NCBI GenBank assembly: GCA_051252375.1
Contig: JBPOFY010000004.1
Coordinates: 96,001 to 160,000 of the forward strand
Direction of reading: 5' to 3'
Length of the DNA stretch: 64,000 bases
Origin: Opitutaceae bacterium
GTDB taxonomy: Bacteria > Verrucomicrobiota > Verrucomicrobiia > Opitutales > Coraliomargaritaceae
Position numbers and translations under genes: made by a program. This document shows, in pieces, positions 10,353-21,062 of this stretch (position 1 is its first letter; every line of letters begins with the position of its first letter). The notes below the pieces were generated by a model. That model searched no databases. It was given only the letters and a program-made list of their open reading frames with translations, and had not been told where the DNA came from.

Positions 10353-13304
10353 TCAGGGCTGTGTGACGACAAGTCGGACAAAGTTCTTGGCAATCGAGCC
10401 CATCGGTATCGTAACTGTAACGAGATCAAAGCCACCACTATTTGCAACCGTGTAGGAGGCACCCAGTGGACCGATCGGACCGCTATCACTGGTGCTCCCA
10501 ATCTCAATGTCATTTGCAGTCGTGGTAAATGCAAGATCCTCGGAGGTCTCAACTTTGACTCCGACCACAGGAGCTTGCTTGGAAACATCGGAACGACGAA
10601 AAGTGAACTGCAAATCGGAACCCAAATCACTGACGGCTGGGGCAATGCCTTCTTGGCTGATCGTGGGGTCGCCTCCGAAGACAAACTCGAGAAGGTTGTT
10701 TAGTCCGTCGCCATCGAAATCAACCAAGATGCCAGAGTCCGTGAAAGGATGGGCGAAGGAACTTTCTGCCCACGTTTCGTAAGGCGCACTGGAGACTTCG
10801 AGGATACCCGTCGACTGGGTGAAGATCCATACATCGCCACCGGAGGTCAGTGTCCAAACTCCAGTGTTGTTAGTAAAGGTTCCCAGCGAGCTGTTAACGC
10901 TGAATGTTCCGGCATCATAAAACACGTTGAAGTTCGAATCGTCGACCAGCGCCCAACTGTTTCCCCACGTGCTGTCCGCCGTGCCAAGATTGATATTGAT
11001 CTCGCCATTCAAATTAACCGTTCCTGTTCCCGAGGGCACACCTGCTAGCTGATTGCTCACGCCAGCGGCCGTTGGAACAAATGCCAGAGAGCTGCCAGCG
11101 GCGATCGTCAAGGTGCCAGCTTCGACAGTGGTATCGCCAGTGTAAATATTCGCGCCGGATAGGACCACTGAGCCACTACCCGAACTGGTGATTCCATTGG
11201 CTTCGCTAGCCTCTTCAGTAATCACCAAATCAAAAGTCAATATCCCGGCTCCATTATGAACGACATCGAGACTGTCATTGAGGATAATTGAACCCAAAGT
11301 ATCAAAGTCACTAATTAGAATGTCGCCGTCCGAGTCAGCATCGACGCTTACCGTCGCGGCGCTCCCTCCATGATCAAAAGTGAGTGTCCGCACAAAGGCG
11401 CTCGACCGGAAAACATTTACGGTGAACGCGTCATCTATCGAGCCATCAAAAGTCAGACTCCTGAGTGTATAGTCGGAATATGTATTCGCCGTTGTCCGCC
11501 CACCGACATCAGAAAAAATCACATCAGTGTCGGAAGATGCGGCATTGGTAGGTGGTGCAGTGCTATCGACCCAATTGTCACCTTCAGTCCATCGGTTGTT
11601 TATTCCGCCACCATCCCATGTAAATACAGTGATTACAGTGTTGGAAACAGTCGCACTTAAAGGAATGTCGATCGTATCCGTCGTCACATTATCCAGAGCG
11701 ACCCAAGTCAGACGTAAAGTCGCAGTCGCAGTTCCACCAACAGCGAGCCCAGCAACTGCATTATCAAAGCTCACATCGAAGGCCGTATTAGTGAGCAGAC
11801 CGAAGGTGAATGGCTCATCAGTTGAAAAAGCGCCAGGATGCGTTTCATTGATGAAATCGATCGATGTGATTTCGAGATTATAAATTGCAGTAAAGTCGAC
11901 ACTCACTGCTCCTGTGGCGGTCGAAGCACCCGAGGGAAATGTCAATGCCAGCGGGCTAGGCTGCTGGACATCGACAACTTCTTGTAATCGAGAACTGGCA
12001 TAAACGGTGCTCGACGTATATTCACCTGAAGTCAAATAGGCGCTACTTAAGGTTGAAGTCGTCGCAGTTACGTTCACGAACCATGCGGTGGCATCAGATG
12101 GCAGCGTCGCGGTGCCCTGCCAGATCCCGGAATCGGAAAAAGTTTCTGTAAAGTTAGTTAGCGTCACCGTTGTCCACGAAAATGCCTTACTATCGCCCAT
12201 CTGATTACTGTGATAAAGGGTGGCGCTGGTAAGATTTCTGGTGGACTCGAATTCCACCGTTACTTGATCACCGACAAGACTCAGACTTTTTTGCACACAC
12301 CACGGGTTATTCGTGCTCAGCCCCACGGATCCTGGATTATTGCCGACAATACTATCCGCAAAATCATAGGAGTCGGCTCGACTCCATGCAAACGCATGGG
12401 AGTGTCTCATCCCTTGTATCATGCTGACCATCCTCGTGCCGGGCGCCTTGTTGTAGCTGTTGGCTTGGCAATCGAGGTTGAAGGTGCTGTCGTTGAGCCA
12501 GGTCAACCACATGATGGGCATGGTCGCATTCTCGAGGTAATGCATTGGGTCCCAAACGTTTTTATAGTATTCAGTTCCGCCAGCATTGGAAATAGCTTCC
12601 TGCCATTTACCGACGCCATCCCACATGTGGCCACAGCCATAAGTCGGAATCGCAAAAGCAAAACGGCTATCCACTCCGATTACGTTGGAAGTAATGACCC
12701 CACCCCATGAGACCCCATGAATGCCTACTTTGGTATCGTCTACAAATGAGAGGCTCCGCAATAAGGAGTTGGCTAAGATTGAGCCCGCAGTGGCGTGGAA
12801 CATAAATTGATCGCCAATCGTGACGCTTGATTCGTTAAAAACGCCCGTTCTTCGCGGACCTCCCATGTTATGCCGACCAGTGGTATTGGAAGCGCCTTCG
12901 GTATCGATCGCGATGGCGACATAGCCACGCTCTGCCCATAAGTTTGCCCAGGTGTCATAAGCCATACCGGCGCCACCGTGGACGAGCACGATGGCTGGTA
13001 AGGGAGCATCCGTTGCCGGATCCCATGCCGGCATGCCGACAAAAGCATATACTCTGGTAGGATTCCCCAGGTAATCGACGGAATCGAAGAAGATTGCCTC
13101 CAACGTCTGTGCCGTAGTCGAGGGAGTCAGGGTCGTGATTGTATTGGACGACTGATATGTCGAAGCGCTGGTATCGACTTCATACAAGGTTGGAGCCGCA
13201 GTCAGATTACCGAGCGCAGTAATCGCTGCTCGGTCACTCACATAGTCCGCAAAGGCAGTTAGTGAAAAGCTAAAGACGATGCCGATGATATATAATAACT
13301 TCAT
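10353..13304 (-). CDS. Secreted multidomain alpha/beta-hydrolase (candidate carbohydrate O-acetylesterase) with an autotransporter-associated beta-strand repeat and the shared C-terminal domain
   Basis: PAIVLVHGGAG oxyanion motif, GVSWGG nucleophile elbow, candidate Asp (WLND) and His (MRHSH); repeat GSGSVVLSGANIYTGDTTVEAGTL; C-terminal W...DFDGDG.NNLLEF..G.DP. Confidence 0.75.
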   Translation of the reverse strand: MKLLYIIGIVFSFSLTAFADYVSDRAAITALGNLTAAPTLYEVDTSASTYQSSNTITTLTPSTTAQTLEAIFFDSVDYLGNPTRVYAFVGMPAWDPATDAPLPAIVLVHGGAGMAYDTWANLWAERGYVAIAIDTEGASNTTGRHNMGGPRRTGVFNESSVTIGDQFMFHATAGSILANSLLRSLSFVDDTKVGIHGVSWGGVITSNVIGVDSRFAFAIPTYGCGHMWDGVGKWQEAISNAGGTEYYKNVWDPMHYLENATMPIMWLTWLNDSTFNLDCQANSYNKAPGTRMVSMIQGMRHSHAFAWSRADSYDFADSIVGNNPGSVGLSTNNPWCVQKSLSLVGDQVTVEFESTRNLTSATLYHSNQMGDSKAFSWTTVTLTNFTETFSDSGIWQGTATLPSDATAWFVNVTATTSTLSSAYLTSGEYTSSTVYASSRLQEVVDVQQPSPLALTFPSGASTATGAVSVDFTAIYNLEITSIDFINETHPGAFSTDEPFTFGLLTNTAFDVSFDNAVAGLAVGGTATATLRLTWVALDNVTTDTIDIPLSATVSNTVITVFTWDGGGINNRWTEGDNWVDSTAPPTNAASSDTDVIFSDVGGRTTANTYSDYTLRSLTFDGSIDDAFTVNVFRSSAFVRTLTFDHGGSAATVSVDADSDGDILISDFDTLGSIILNDSLDVVHNGAGILTFDLVITEEASEANGITSSGSGSVVLSGANIYTGDTTVEAGTLTIAAGSSLAFVPTAAGVSNQLAGVPSGTGTVNLNGEININLGTADSTWGNSWALVDDSNFNVFYDAGTFSVNSSLGTFTNNTGVWTLTSGGDVWIFTQSTGILEVSSAPYETWAESSFAHPFTDSGILVDFDGDGLNNLLEFVFGGDPTISQEGIAPAVSDLGSDLQFTFRRSDVSKQAPVVGVKVETSEDLAFTTTANDIEIGSTSDSGPIGPLGASYTVANSGGFDLVTVTIPMGSIAKNFVRLVVTQP

Positions 13305-13333
13305 TTAAATAATCCCTCTAATGTCGTGTCAGT

Positions 13334-16300
13334 TCATCGGATCACCCGTAGGCGTCCAAATAGTCGACCATCCTCGGCGATGCTTTTACTCACCGTGACA
13401 GTCACTTCCTCGGCACCTTCGATTTCATCGCCGATGCTGACTTCAGATGCTTGTGTGCCCGTGATGTCGAGATCATTCCAGACGATTAAATCCGAGCTGT
13501 ATTGAAACACTTGCACTGTGTCACCCGCAGACTGCGCGCGGCGGGTGAATGTGAATACAAAGTTTTCTCCAGAGGCATCCAGCGTTGGCAAAATAAATTG
13601 ATCCGGCGCTAGCGGGCTGCCGTTCAGTGTGTATTCCAGTAATACAGGCATGCCGTCTTGATCTCCATCCGCATCGAGCTCTAGGTCCTCAAGACTCGGG
13701 TGACGACTCAACCATGCTTCATAGCCTTCGTAGTCGTCATAGAGCTCGGCTACTTCAGAATCACTGAGCACAACATTATACAGCCTCACTTCATCAATGA
13801 TGCCACTATAATGAGACACCCCGTCACTACTTCCGAGAAAGACAGCTGTGATTCCGCTCATCGACCTCGTCTTGCCAATCCCGCTGTGCCAGAGTGATCC
13901 ATTGAGATAAATTTCCATCTCCTCACTGATCGCACTTTTAGTAAAGACCCAGTGGTTCCATCGTCCCTTAAATTCAGAGGCAGCTGCGGTTTTTGAAATG
14001 CGATCGTAGTTCGTTCCGCCGCTGTTACCCGCATCCCAAATGACTTTGGAATTACTCCATGGCAGATGGATGTTTATTACTCTATTTCCACTGCTGTCGA
14101 CGGCATGAAAAATTGACTCCGCAGATGGTTGCGTCGCGTCTCCATTAACCCACATGGATACCGTAACCTCACTACTAATCAAAGAAATGACCTCTTCTGG
14201 GAAATCAACATACGAACTACTCCCGTTAAAGCTCATGGCCTGACCTTCCACCCCACTCACAAGAGTCCCGTTGTAAGCGGTTGCATTATTGGCATGCGAC
14301 GAGGAGTCGACCACGATACTATTAGTCCCCGCGTCGAACTTCCACTCCGTCAGCAAACCAAAGAATGGGACATCCAGAAGATCCAGAGACATCGATTGAA
14401 TCGACTTCACTCCTCCGTTATCGTCCTGACCATAAAATGCCACCTGATAACTCTTAGTGAGATCGAAACCACCTGTAATGAGTCCCGAAGCTTCTTCCAC
14501 CCCATTGATCGAATAGCTCCAAGCTCCATTCGGACCGACCTCAATCACGACTTCAGTTGAAGCATCCTCCACGAATTGGACATTCGTCCCAGACTCATCA
14601 AGTGTCGTGCGCGTTGTCCCATCCGTAAAATTCAAACCACGTGCGCTGGCATCTTCAGTTGCTGTTAGGTTCACGCCCAAACTGTAGACACTGGTATCAG
14701 CCTTGAAGGGATTGACTCCAGAATAGGTCGTAAGATCCGTGTCAGTGCTGATCAGTCCAAACGAAAAACTATGGCCCAGATTGTCACCAATCGAGCCGGC
14801 GGTGTAGTTCACCGTCAACCTGAAGCCGCCATCCGATTGAAATGCCTGTGTCGAATACATCAATGCCCGGTAGTCATAGTTATTACTCTTATTTTTATAC
14901 ACTAGATCTCCGGGCTCCGCCGCGGGACCTATATTGGTCCAATACGCTCCCCCATTGATTGAGTTCAACGCCAGATCCAAATACTGATCATCCGTCACAT
15001 CGATCTGCACAAGGGCTGAACTGGATTGACTCCCATCACTCAAAGTCAGCAGGGCCGTGTTGAGTCCGAAATCAGAATCCTCAGGAGCTCCGCTCAGTTT
15101 CCAAACATCCGGGGCAAGTTCTTCCAAACCAAGCCAAGCAGGACCGCCGGACATCGTCACCGTGAGCGCGTCGCCCTCAAAATCCTCGAAATCGGTTCCT
15201 CGCCTGAGCAGGTGACTGTATTCCTTATATCGAAAGGCATCCGGAAGAACCAGAGGATCGGAAACCCAAGCAGGCGAACCGTCTCCCGGATTAGGAATTG
15301 TAGTGGGATTCTCGTTTACCTGCAATTCGACCTCACGATCGCGGCTAAGGCTGTTGGTATCCGTTGCCTGTAAGCTGAACGTATGCGTTGTCGCGCTACT
15401 CTCGGTTGGAATGCCGCTCAAGATCCAGTGACCAGGATTGAGGGAATCTTCCGTAATATTCAGCCATGAGGGTGCCCCATTAATCGGTGAAACAATCGTG
15501 ATCTCATCGCCTTCGGGATCCCAAAGATCCTTCTCCTCGACGAGCACATGATAATATGCCTGCCCGATGACTGCTTCTGGCAACACCGTATAGTATCGAG
15601 CCCAGTTTGGCGCGCCCGGGTCCTGAACGAGCGCCAAATGATCATCCAACGCCTTGAGCAAATCATACGCCCATGGTCGCAACTGCTCGACCCCGAGATT
15701 GACGTAGGTCGAAGCGCCCCAGGTCATGGACCCGCCCGCCTGAACTGCTTCCCGAGTCCATTGCAAGAAATCCACCTCTTCCCACGCCTGATTAGGACCA
15801 CTGGTCCATGAAGTCGTGCTCAGTTTGGAATGAAAATTTCCTACGACCAGATCATCCCAGTCCCGATTTCCTCCATCGTGCACATATCCATTGGTGGCAA
15901 TCATACGAGTCACATGCTGGTAGTTCAGGTTGAACTGGTTGCCGCTTACTTTCTCCGCGTGGTTATTGTTTCCGCCGAAAGCGTGACCAAATGTGAAGTC
16001 ATCGTAGCGGGTCGCATGCGCAAATGGGTAGGATGCATAATTCACGGTGCTACGCCCATTATTGAAGGCGAGCGGAATCTCCGGGTTCCCCGCGTGAATC
16101 GCATTAGCAAAGGCTTGGAAGATCCGTTGATCTTCAATCACTCCATTGGTGGCACTATCACCATTTGACCCGATATCCCCCGCCGAGTCGAAGATCCATC
16201 CCCCGATGAGCGGACCGTAACGCATGGCAAAATCTTTGAGCACATACTCCGCGTAACAGAACATGTATTTCCGATTCGGGTAGGTCTCGGTGAGGTCGAC

Positions 16301-17515
16301 ATTGTAAGCGATCTCATACTGCTCGGTCGTTGAATTCCACACTCCGGTGTGGAATGGCTGGCTATTAATGAATGCCTGCACGTCAGGATCCGTGTCGCAG
16401 TAGTCCTTCCAACGCTGCACGGCGACATCATATTCGCTCGAGTTGTTCCCGACGAAGTTCTCGGCATTAGAGTAGGCTTTGACCTTAAATCCCGCGGCCC
16501 TAATTTCTAGTATCCGCTTAAGAACGGCGTCATCTTCAGGCTCGTCCAAATTCAGATCTCCCCATAACGGGACAAGTAGGTTGATGCGATTACCATTCTC
16601 ATCGACATCACCCTGCGACAAGCTTTCCAAAAGCTTGTGTGGAGCATAATGTTTGGCAGATTGAGTGGCACCGGAATTAAATCCGACGCCGAGTGTATCC
16701 AACGTTTTGAAATCCTTCACCTGCCAGACAATCTCACCGCCGGACCAGGTCCCCCTGACACCTTTCGCACGTTCCCCAGGGACATAGGCTGTTTCCAACT
16801 TGAGAGATTGGATGGACTTGCCTCCGCCATCGTCGTCCTGTCCGTAAACGACCACCTGGTAGTTTTTACTCAGATCAAACCCTTCGAGCAAAACACCTGA
16901 TGCCTCGTAGACTCCATCAATCCGATAACACCAATACCCTCCGAGCCCAAACTCGATTGTTACCTCGGAAACCTGACCTGCCTTGAACTGGGCATTCGTG
17001 CCGGACTGATCCAAGGTTGTGACAATCGTCCCGTTGGCAAAGTTCAGTCCCTGCGCCGAGGCACCCCCGTCGGATGTCAAGTTGACCCCAAGACTGTAAA
17101 CGCCCGCCTCACTCTTGAACGGATTGAAGCCAGCATAAGTGGCCAGATTGACATCGGCATCAATCAAGCCAAACGAAAGATTATGTGCCCCGGCATCTCC
17201 AATCGAGCCGGTCAAGTAGCTGACCGTCAGTTTAAAGCCACTATCCGACTGGAAGGTGTTGGCAGAATACAGGATCGCCCGACTGGTATCACTCGTCCCC
17301 GAGGTAACAAAGGTCGCACTACCATCGTCTGTCCATGACTGGGCATCTATGGTCTTGTTGACCGCGCCTCCTCCAGTTCCATTCACATTAGCAGCGAGCG
17401 TGTCGCCGTCAAAGGTGTCTTCATACAGAACCTCCGCTTGGAGCATCAACGCGCCCAGCAAGTAAATCGAAATGATTCGCAATCGATTGGTCATATATAT
17501 TTTGGGCATTCGCAT
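13334..17515 (-). CDS. GH107 endo-fucanase (divergent), multimodular: unknown module, GH107, Ig/cadherin-like repeats, second unknown module, LamG, C-terminal domain
   Basis: RKYMFCYAEY, GWIFDSA (Asp), DDFTFGHAFGG (His); PAWL...W.LSG.P Ig-like repeats; LamG motifs WNHWVF, IYLNG and GIIDEVRLYN. Confidence 0.87.
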   Translation of the reverse strand: MRMPKIYMTNRLRIISIYLLGALMLQAEVLYEDTFDGDTLAANVNGTGGGAVNKTIDAQSWTDDGSATFVTSGTSDTSRAILYSANTFQSDSGFKLTVSYLTGSIGDAGAHNLSFGLIDADVNLATYAGFNPFKSEAGVYSLGVNLTSDGGASAQGLNFANGTIVTTLDQSGTNAQFKAGQVSEVTIEFGLGGYWCYRIDGVYEASGVLLEGFDLSKNYQVVVYGQDDDGGGKSIQSLKLETAYVPGERAKGVRGTWSGGEIVWQVKDFKTLDTLGVGFNSGATQSAKHYAPHKLLESLSQGDVDENGNRINLLVPLWGDLNLDEPEDDAVLKRILEIRAAGFKVKAYSNAENFVGNNSSEYDVAVQRWKDYCDTDPDVQAFINSQPFHTGVWNSTTEQYEIAYNVDLTETYPNRKYMFCYAEYVLKDFAMRYGPLIGGWIFDSAGDIGSNGDSATNGVIEDQRIFQAFANAIHAGNPEIPLAFNNGRSTVNYASYPFAHATRYDDFTFGHAFGGNNNHAEKVSGNQFNLNYQHVTRMIATNGYVHDGGNRDWDDLVVGNFHSKLSTTSWTSGPNQAWEEVDFLQWTREAVQAGGSMTWGASTYVNLGVEQLRPWAYDLLKALDDHLALVQDPGAPNWARYYTVLPEAVIGQAYYHVLVEEKDLWDPEGDEITIVSPINGAPSWLNITEDSLNPGHWILSGIPTESSATTHTFSLQATDTNSLSRDREVELQVNENPTTIPNPGDGSPAWVSDPLVLPDAFRYKEYSHLLRRGTDFEDFEGDALTVTMSGGPAWLGLEELAPDVWKLSGAPEDSDFGLNTALLTLSDGSQSSSALVQIDVTDDQYLDLALNSINGGAYWTNIGPAAEPGDLVYKNKSNNYDYRALMYSTQAFQSDGGFRLTVNYTAGSIGDNLGHSFSFGLISTDTDLTTYSGVNPFKADTSVYSLGVNLTATEDASARGLNFTDGTTRTTLDESGTNVQFVEDASTEVVIEVGPNGAWSYSINGVEEASGLITGGFDLTKSYQVAFYGQDDNGGVKSIQSMSLDLLDVPFFGLLTEWKFDAGTNSIVVDSSSHANNATAYNGTLVSGVEGQAMSFNGSSSYVDFPEEVISLISSEVTVSMWVNGDATQPSAESIFHAVDSSGNRVINIHLPWSNSKVIWDAGNSGGTNYDRISKTAAASEFKGRWNHWVFTKSAISEEMEIYLNGSLWHSGIGKTRSMSGITAVFLGSSDGVSHYSGIIDEVRLYNVVLSDSEVAELYDDYEGYEAWLSRHPSLEDLELDADGDQDGMPVLLEYTLNGSPLAPDQFILPTLDASGENFVFTFTRRAQSAGDTVQVFQYSSDLIVWNDLDITGTQASEVSIGDEIEGAEEVTVTVSKSIAEDGRLFGRLRVIR

Positions 17516-17526
17516 CTCGGATATAT

Positions 17527-20500
17527 CTATTCAGCGATAGCCTTCAAGCGCCCAAACAGTCGACCATCCACGGCTACGGTCTTGCTCAGGGTGACCGTCA
17601 CTTCTTCAGCGCCGTCGACTTCAGCGCCGACACTGACTTCAGGTGCTTGAACTCCCGTTATGTTGAGATCATCCCAATTGACTAAGTTCGAGCTGTATTG
17701 AAAGATTTGCGTGGTATCACCGGCAGACTCCGCGCGGCGGGTGAAGGTGAAAATATAGTTTTCTCCGGAGGCATCCAGTGTTGGCAAAATAAATTGATCT
17801 GGCACCAACGGGCTGCCATTCAGAACATATTCAAGGAAGACCACGATACCGTCCTCATCTCCATCTGCATCGAGCTCTAGGTTCAAAAGACTCGGGTAGC
17901 GACTGGTCCAAGATTCATAGCCTTCGTATGCTTCGTAGAGCTCGGTCACTTCAGATGCAGAGAGTTCCGTATTATAGAGCTTCACCTCGTCGATCATGCC
18001 ATCGTAATAAGCCGCCCCATTTCCATTGCCGAGAGCAGCGACGGAAATGGCACCAATCGGTTGGGTCAAACCAACATCACTGTGCCATAGCGCTCCATTG
18101 AGATAGATTTTCATCTCCCCGTTGGCTGCGTTCTTCATGAAGACCCAGTGGTTCCATCGCTCTTTGTATTCAGCAGGAATCGCAACTTTCAAGATGCGAT
18201 CGTAGGGCGTCCCACCGGCTCCGGCATCCCAAATGACGTTGGAATTACTCCAGGGTAAATGAATATTCAACACTCGCTCTCCACTGCTGTCGACAGCTCT
18301 AAAAACCGCCTCGCTCGCTGGTTGCGTCGTCGCCCCATTGACCCACATCGAGATGGTGATTTCATTGCCAAGAGATGCAAAGGCCGACGCCGGCAACGAG
18401 ATGCTGGAATTGCTCCCATTGAAATCCATCGCACTGCCGACAACACCGGGCTCGGAAACGACGTTAACAGATGTTCCATGATACCCACTTCCAGATGCGT
18501 CAGTGACGACCGAACCAGACACATCGTCTAGGGACCAATCAGCGATCAGTCCCACCACCTGAAAAGGCTTGAGTTCCAGTTCGAGAGACTGGATCGATTT
18601 AACAGCCGCATAGTCATCCTGACCATAAACCACCACTCGATAATTACTGCTTAAATCAAACCCACCGGCGATGACTCCGGTAGCTTCGACAATCCCGTCG
18701 ATCGAATAGCTCCAGGCTCCATTCTGATCAATTTCAATCACTAACGGAGTTGAAGCTCCAGTCACAAACTGAACATTCGTTCCAGATTCATCCAGCGAAG
18801 TTATAGTCGACCCGTCTGTGAAATTCAGACCGCGAAGCGTGCCGCCTAGATCTGAGGTCAAATTAGCTCCTAGACTATAGACAGTCGCATCGGCCCCAAA
18901 GGGATTGAGCCCTGTATAGGTGGACAGATCAGTATCAACACGAATCAAGCCGATTGAAAAATTGGACAGTCCTTGAAATCCGATGTGATCCGTTTCGTAG
19001 TAAGCCGTCAGTTTGAAGCCACCATCCGACTGAAACGACTCGGTGGAGTAACTGATCGCTCTATTTTGATTAGTTGTTCCGTTGTTATCGTAGGCCAGTT
19101 CATATCCCAAATTCAACCAATCAGCCCCACCATCGATAGTTAGGCTTGTCGTAGGCATGATGGATGACTCTTTGACTATCAGATCAACCGTCCTTGACGT
19201 CTCGACGACTCCAATCGCAATTAGCAAATCAAAGCAGTATTCGGTTGCTACCGTCTCCGTGGGCGTGCCGCTCAGCACCCAGTCTCCTGACCCTGGACTG
19301 GACTCAGCCACCGATAACCACGCCGGTGCACCAACTAAAGTAAAACCAGTGATACTGCCGCCCGAAGGATCCCAGAAATCTACGCCGTCAGTCAAGGTAT
19401 GGCTATAGGGAGCTCCAATCGCAGCAACGGGCAAGGGAGTATCTGCGCGCCTCCAATTCGGCACTCCTGGAAACTGAGACGTTCTAAAATGAAGGTCCAC
19501 CGCCTCCAGTTGCGTCAGCGCATAAGGTTGGAGTGTAAGAACCGGAGAATTCTCCAAGTTTGTTCGGACGAGAGGCGTGCCCCAAGTGATGGCCCCTCCA
19601 TTGATGCACCCCTCGGCGGTCCACTCGACGAACTGCGCATCCGTCAGACAAGGCGCCGCTCCCGCATTCCAAGAAGTCGTGCTCTGTTTCGGAAAAAAGT
19701 GACCCACGACATCATCATTCCAGACTCTCGCGTCAGTTGCCCCAAACGGCAGACCGTTATGGTCCTGCATAAATTCGCAGATCGCAAAGTTCCGAGTATA
19801 CAAGATTTCGGGCACAACCATATTTCCGGCTCCACCGAAAGGGTGACCGAAAGCATAGTCATCAAAAAGAGTAGGCGTAGCGAACGGAGCCCCATCGACG
19901 CCCACACTGTTATTAAATGAGATCGCAGCATTCGGATTCCCCGCATGACAGGCATTTGCGAAGGCTTCGTAGATTCTCTGATCATTCAATAAACCACTAG
20001 CCGCATCATCGCCACAGTCCTCCATGATGTTGTCCGCGGAGTCAAAGCACCAGGCATCGATCAGGTCACCATAACGAAGCGAATACTCCTTGAGGATGAA
20101 CTCGGCGTAGCAGAACATATATTTCCGTCTATCGGGATCGCCAGCCTGTAGATATGGATGGCTGTTGATGAATGCCTGAACCGTGGGATCCGTGTCGCAA
20201 TAATTTTCCCAACGATCAGAAATATCGGGATAGTCCACCTGAGTATCTTCTGGGTTTCGAGCGAGGAGATTGTAGGAATTTACATAGATTTCAGATCTGA
20301 GACCCGCCGCATCGATTGCTTCAAGCCAGCTCATCAATGGGTCGTCTACTGAAGCGCGCGGAACGACCAGATTGATCGGATCACCGTTCGTATCGGTGTC
20401 ACCTTGCCAAAGACTTTCAATAATCGGATGCGGCCCAGTGTGCACCGGGGAAAAGATATTCGGACTGGCGAGGGCTACCTGGACATAGTCAATGGTCTTA

Positions 20501-20706
20501 AGATGGGATATTTGTGCGAGGAAATCATCGATCCTCACCCCTTCAATGTTGCCGTTGAAGTTTCGCTCCGGCAGCCACAGCGCACCCCATGATCCTCGCA
20601 TCCAATCGGCACGCTCTCCCAAGCCAAGGAGCACGTCATCCGCATGAGCCACGCCTCCTGCAAGCAACAAAGTCGTAAGTGCAATGAATCGTCGTAGTGG
20701 GATCAT
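17527..20706 (-). CDS. GH107 endo-fucanase, FcnA-like, with Ig-like, unknown, LamG and C-terminal domains
   Basis: RADWMRG..G.LWLPER, AWCFDSA (nucleophile Asp) and DDYAFGHPFGG (His), recognised as FcnA-type GH107. Start moved from TTG 20739 to ATG 20706, which gives a clean signal peptide. Confidence 0.92.
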   Translation of the reverse strand: MIPLRRFIALTTLLLAGGVAHADDVLLGLGERADWMRGSWGALWLPERNFNGNIEGVRIDDFLAQISHLKTIDYVQVALASPNIFSPVHTGPHPIIESLWQGDTDTNGDPINLVVPRASVDDPLMSWLEAIDAAGLRSEIYVNSYNLLARNPEDTQVDYPDISDRWENYCDTDPTVQAFINSHPYLQAGDPDRRKYMFCYAEFILKEYSLRYGDLIDAWCFDSADNIMEDCGDDAASGLLNDQRIYEAFANACHAGNPNAAISFNNSVGVDGAPFATPTLFDDYAFGHPFGGAGNMVVPEILYTRNFAICEFMQDHNGLPFGATDARVWNDDVVGHFFPKQSTTSWNAGAAPCLTDAQFVEWTAEGCINGGAITWGTPLVRTNLENSPVLTLQPYALTQLEAVDLHFRTSQFPGVPNWRRADTPLPVAAIGAPYSHTLTDGVDFWDPSGGSITGFTLVGAPAWLSVAESSPGSGDWVLSGTPTETVATEYCFDLLIAIGVVETSRTVDLIVKESSIMPTTSLTIDGGADWLNLGYELAYDNNGTTNQNRAISYSTESFQSDGGFKLTAYYETDHIGFQGLSNFSIGLIRVDTDLSTYTGLNPFGADATVYSLGANLTSDLGGTLRGLNFTDGSTITSLDESGTNVQFVTGASTPLVIEIDQNGAWSYSIDGIVEATGVIAGGFDLSSNYRVVVYGQDDYAAVKSIQSLELELKPFQVVGLIADWSLDDVSGSVVTDASGSGYHGTSVNVVSEPGVVGSAMDFNGSNSSISLPASAFASLGNEITISMWVNGATTQPASEAVFRAVDSSGERVLNIHLPWSNSNVIWDAGAGGTPYDRILKVAIPAEYKERWNHWVFMKNAANGEMKIYLNGALWHSDVGLTQPIGAISVAALGNGNGAAYYDGMIDEVKLYNTELSASEVTELYEAYEGYESWTSRYPSLLNLELDADGDEDGIVVFLEYVLNGSPLVPDQFILPTLDASGENYIFTFTRRAESAGDTTQIFQYSSNLVNWDDLNITGVQAPEVSVGAEVDGAEEVTVTLSKTVAVDGRLFGRLKAIAE
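18555..20645. repeat. Direct repeat copy 1 (~2.1 kb, GH107 N-terminal two-thirds); partner at +3830 nt
   Basis: Co-linear with 22385-24475 at a constant offset of 3830 at the points checked; 20033-20616 is identical to 23863-24446 line by line. Confidence 0.93.
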
Positions 20707-20904
20707 GTGTGAATATTTGCACGTCTCATACTTCAGCAATCTTCACAATTGCCACAAGTAAGTAGGGACTACGCAGAACGAGGGTATTATAAGGGAGGTG
20801 TTACTCAATGATCTGACAGAGGCAGCCAGTGGTGAAAAAATAAAGCGAACGAAACAAAAATTCTAAGACTTATAGTCTATCACGAAATCGAGTTGAGAAC
20901 AATC

Positions 20905-20929
20905 ACGCATACACATAGTGCTTATACGT
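20905..20929. promoter_or_regulatory. Putative fucoidan-regulon operator pair
   Basis: ACGCATACACAT (20905-20916) and GTGCTTATACGT (20918-20929) upstream of GH107 17527-20706. Confidence 0.55.
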
Positions 20930-21062
20930 AATTAGTCGTGCCCTAATAGCGCGATTCGGCTCTCTGAGCCGAGTTAACGAGATGCTCCCCTTCTGCAGGA
21001 AGCTATGTTCGATTCATTCACAGGCTTATATTGAACCCGACGTAAATACAGATTACTCATGA

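Noticed and set aside
10353..11660. Esterase as a classical autotransporter
   Set aside because: Only a passenger-associated repeat is present; there is no C-terminal beta-barrel.
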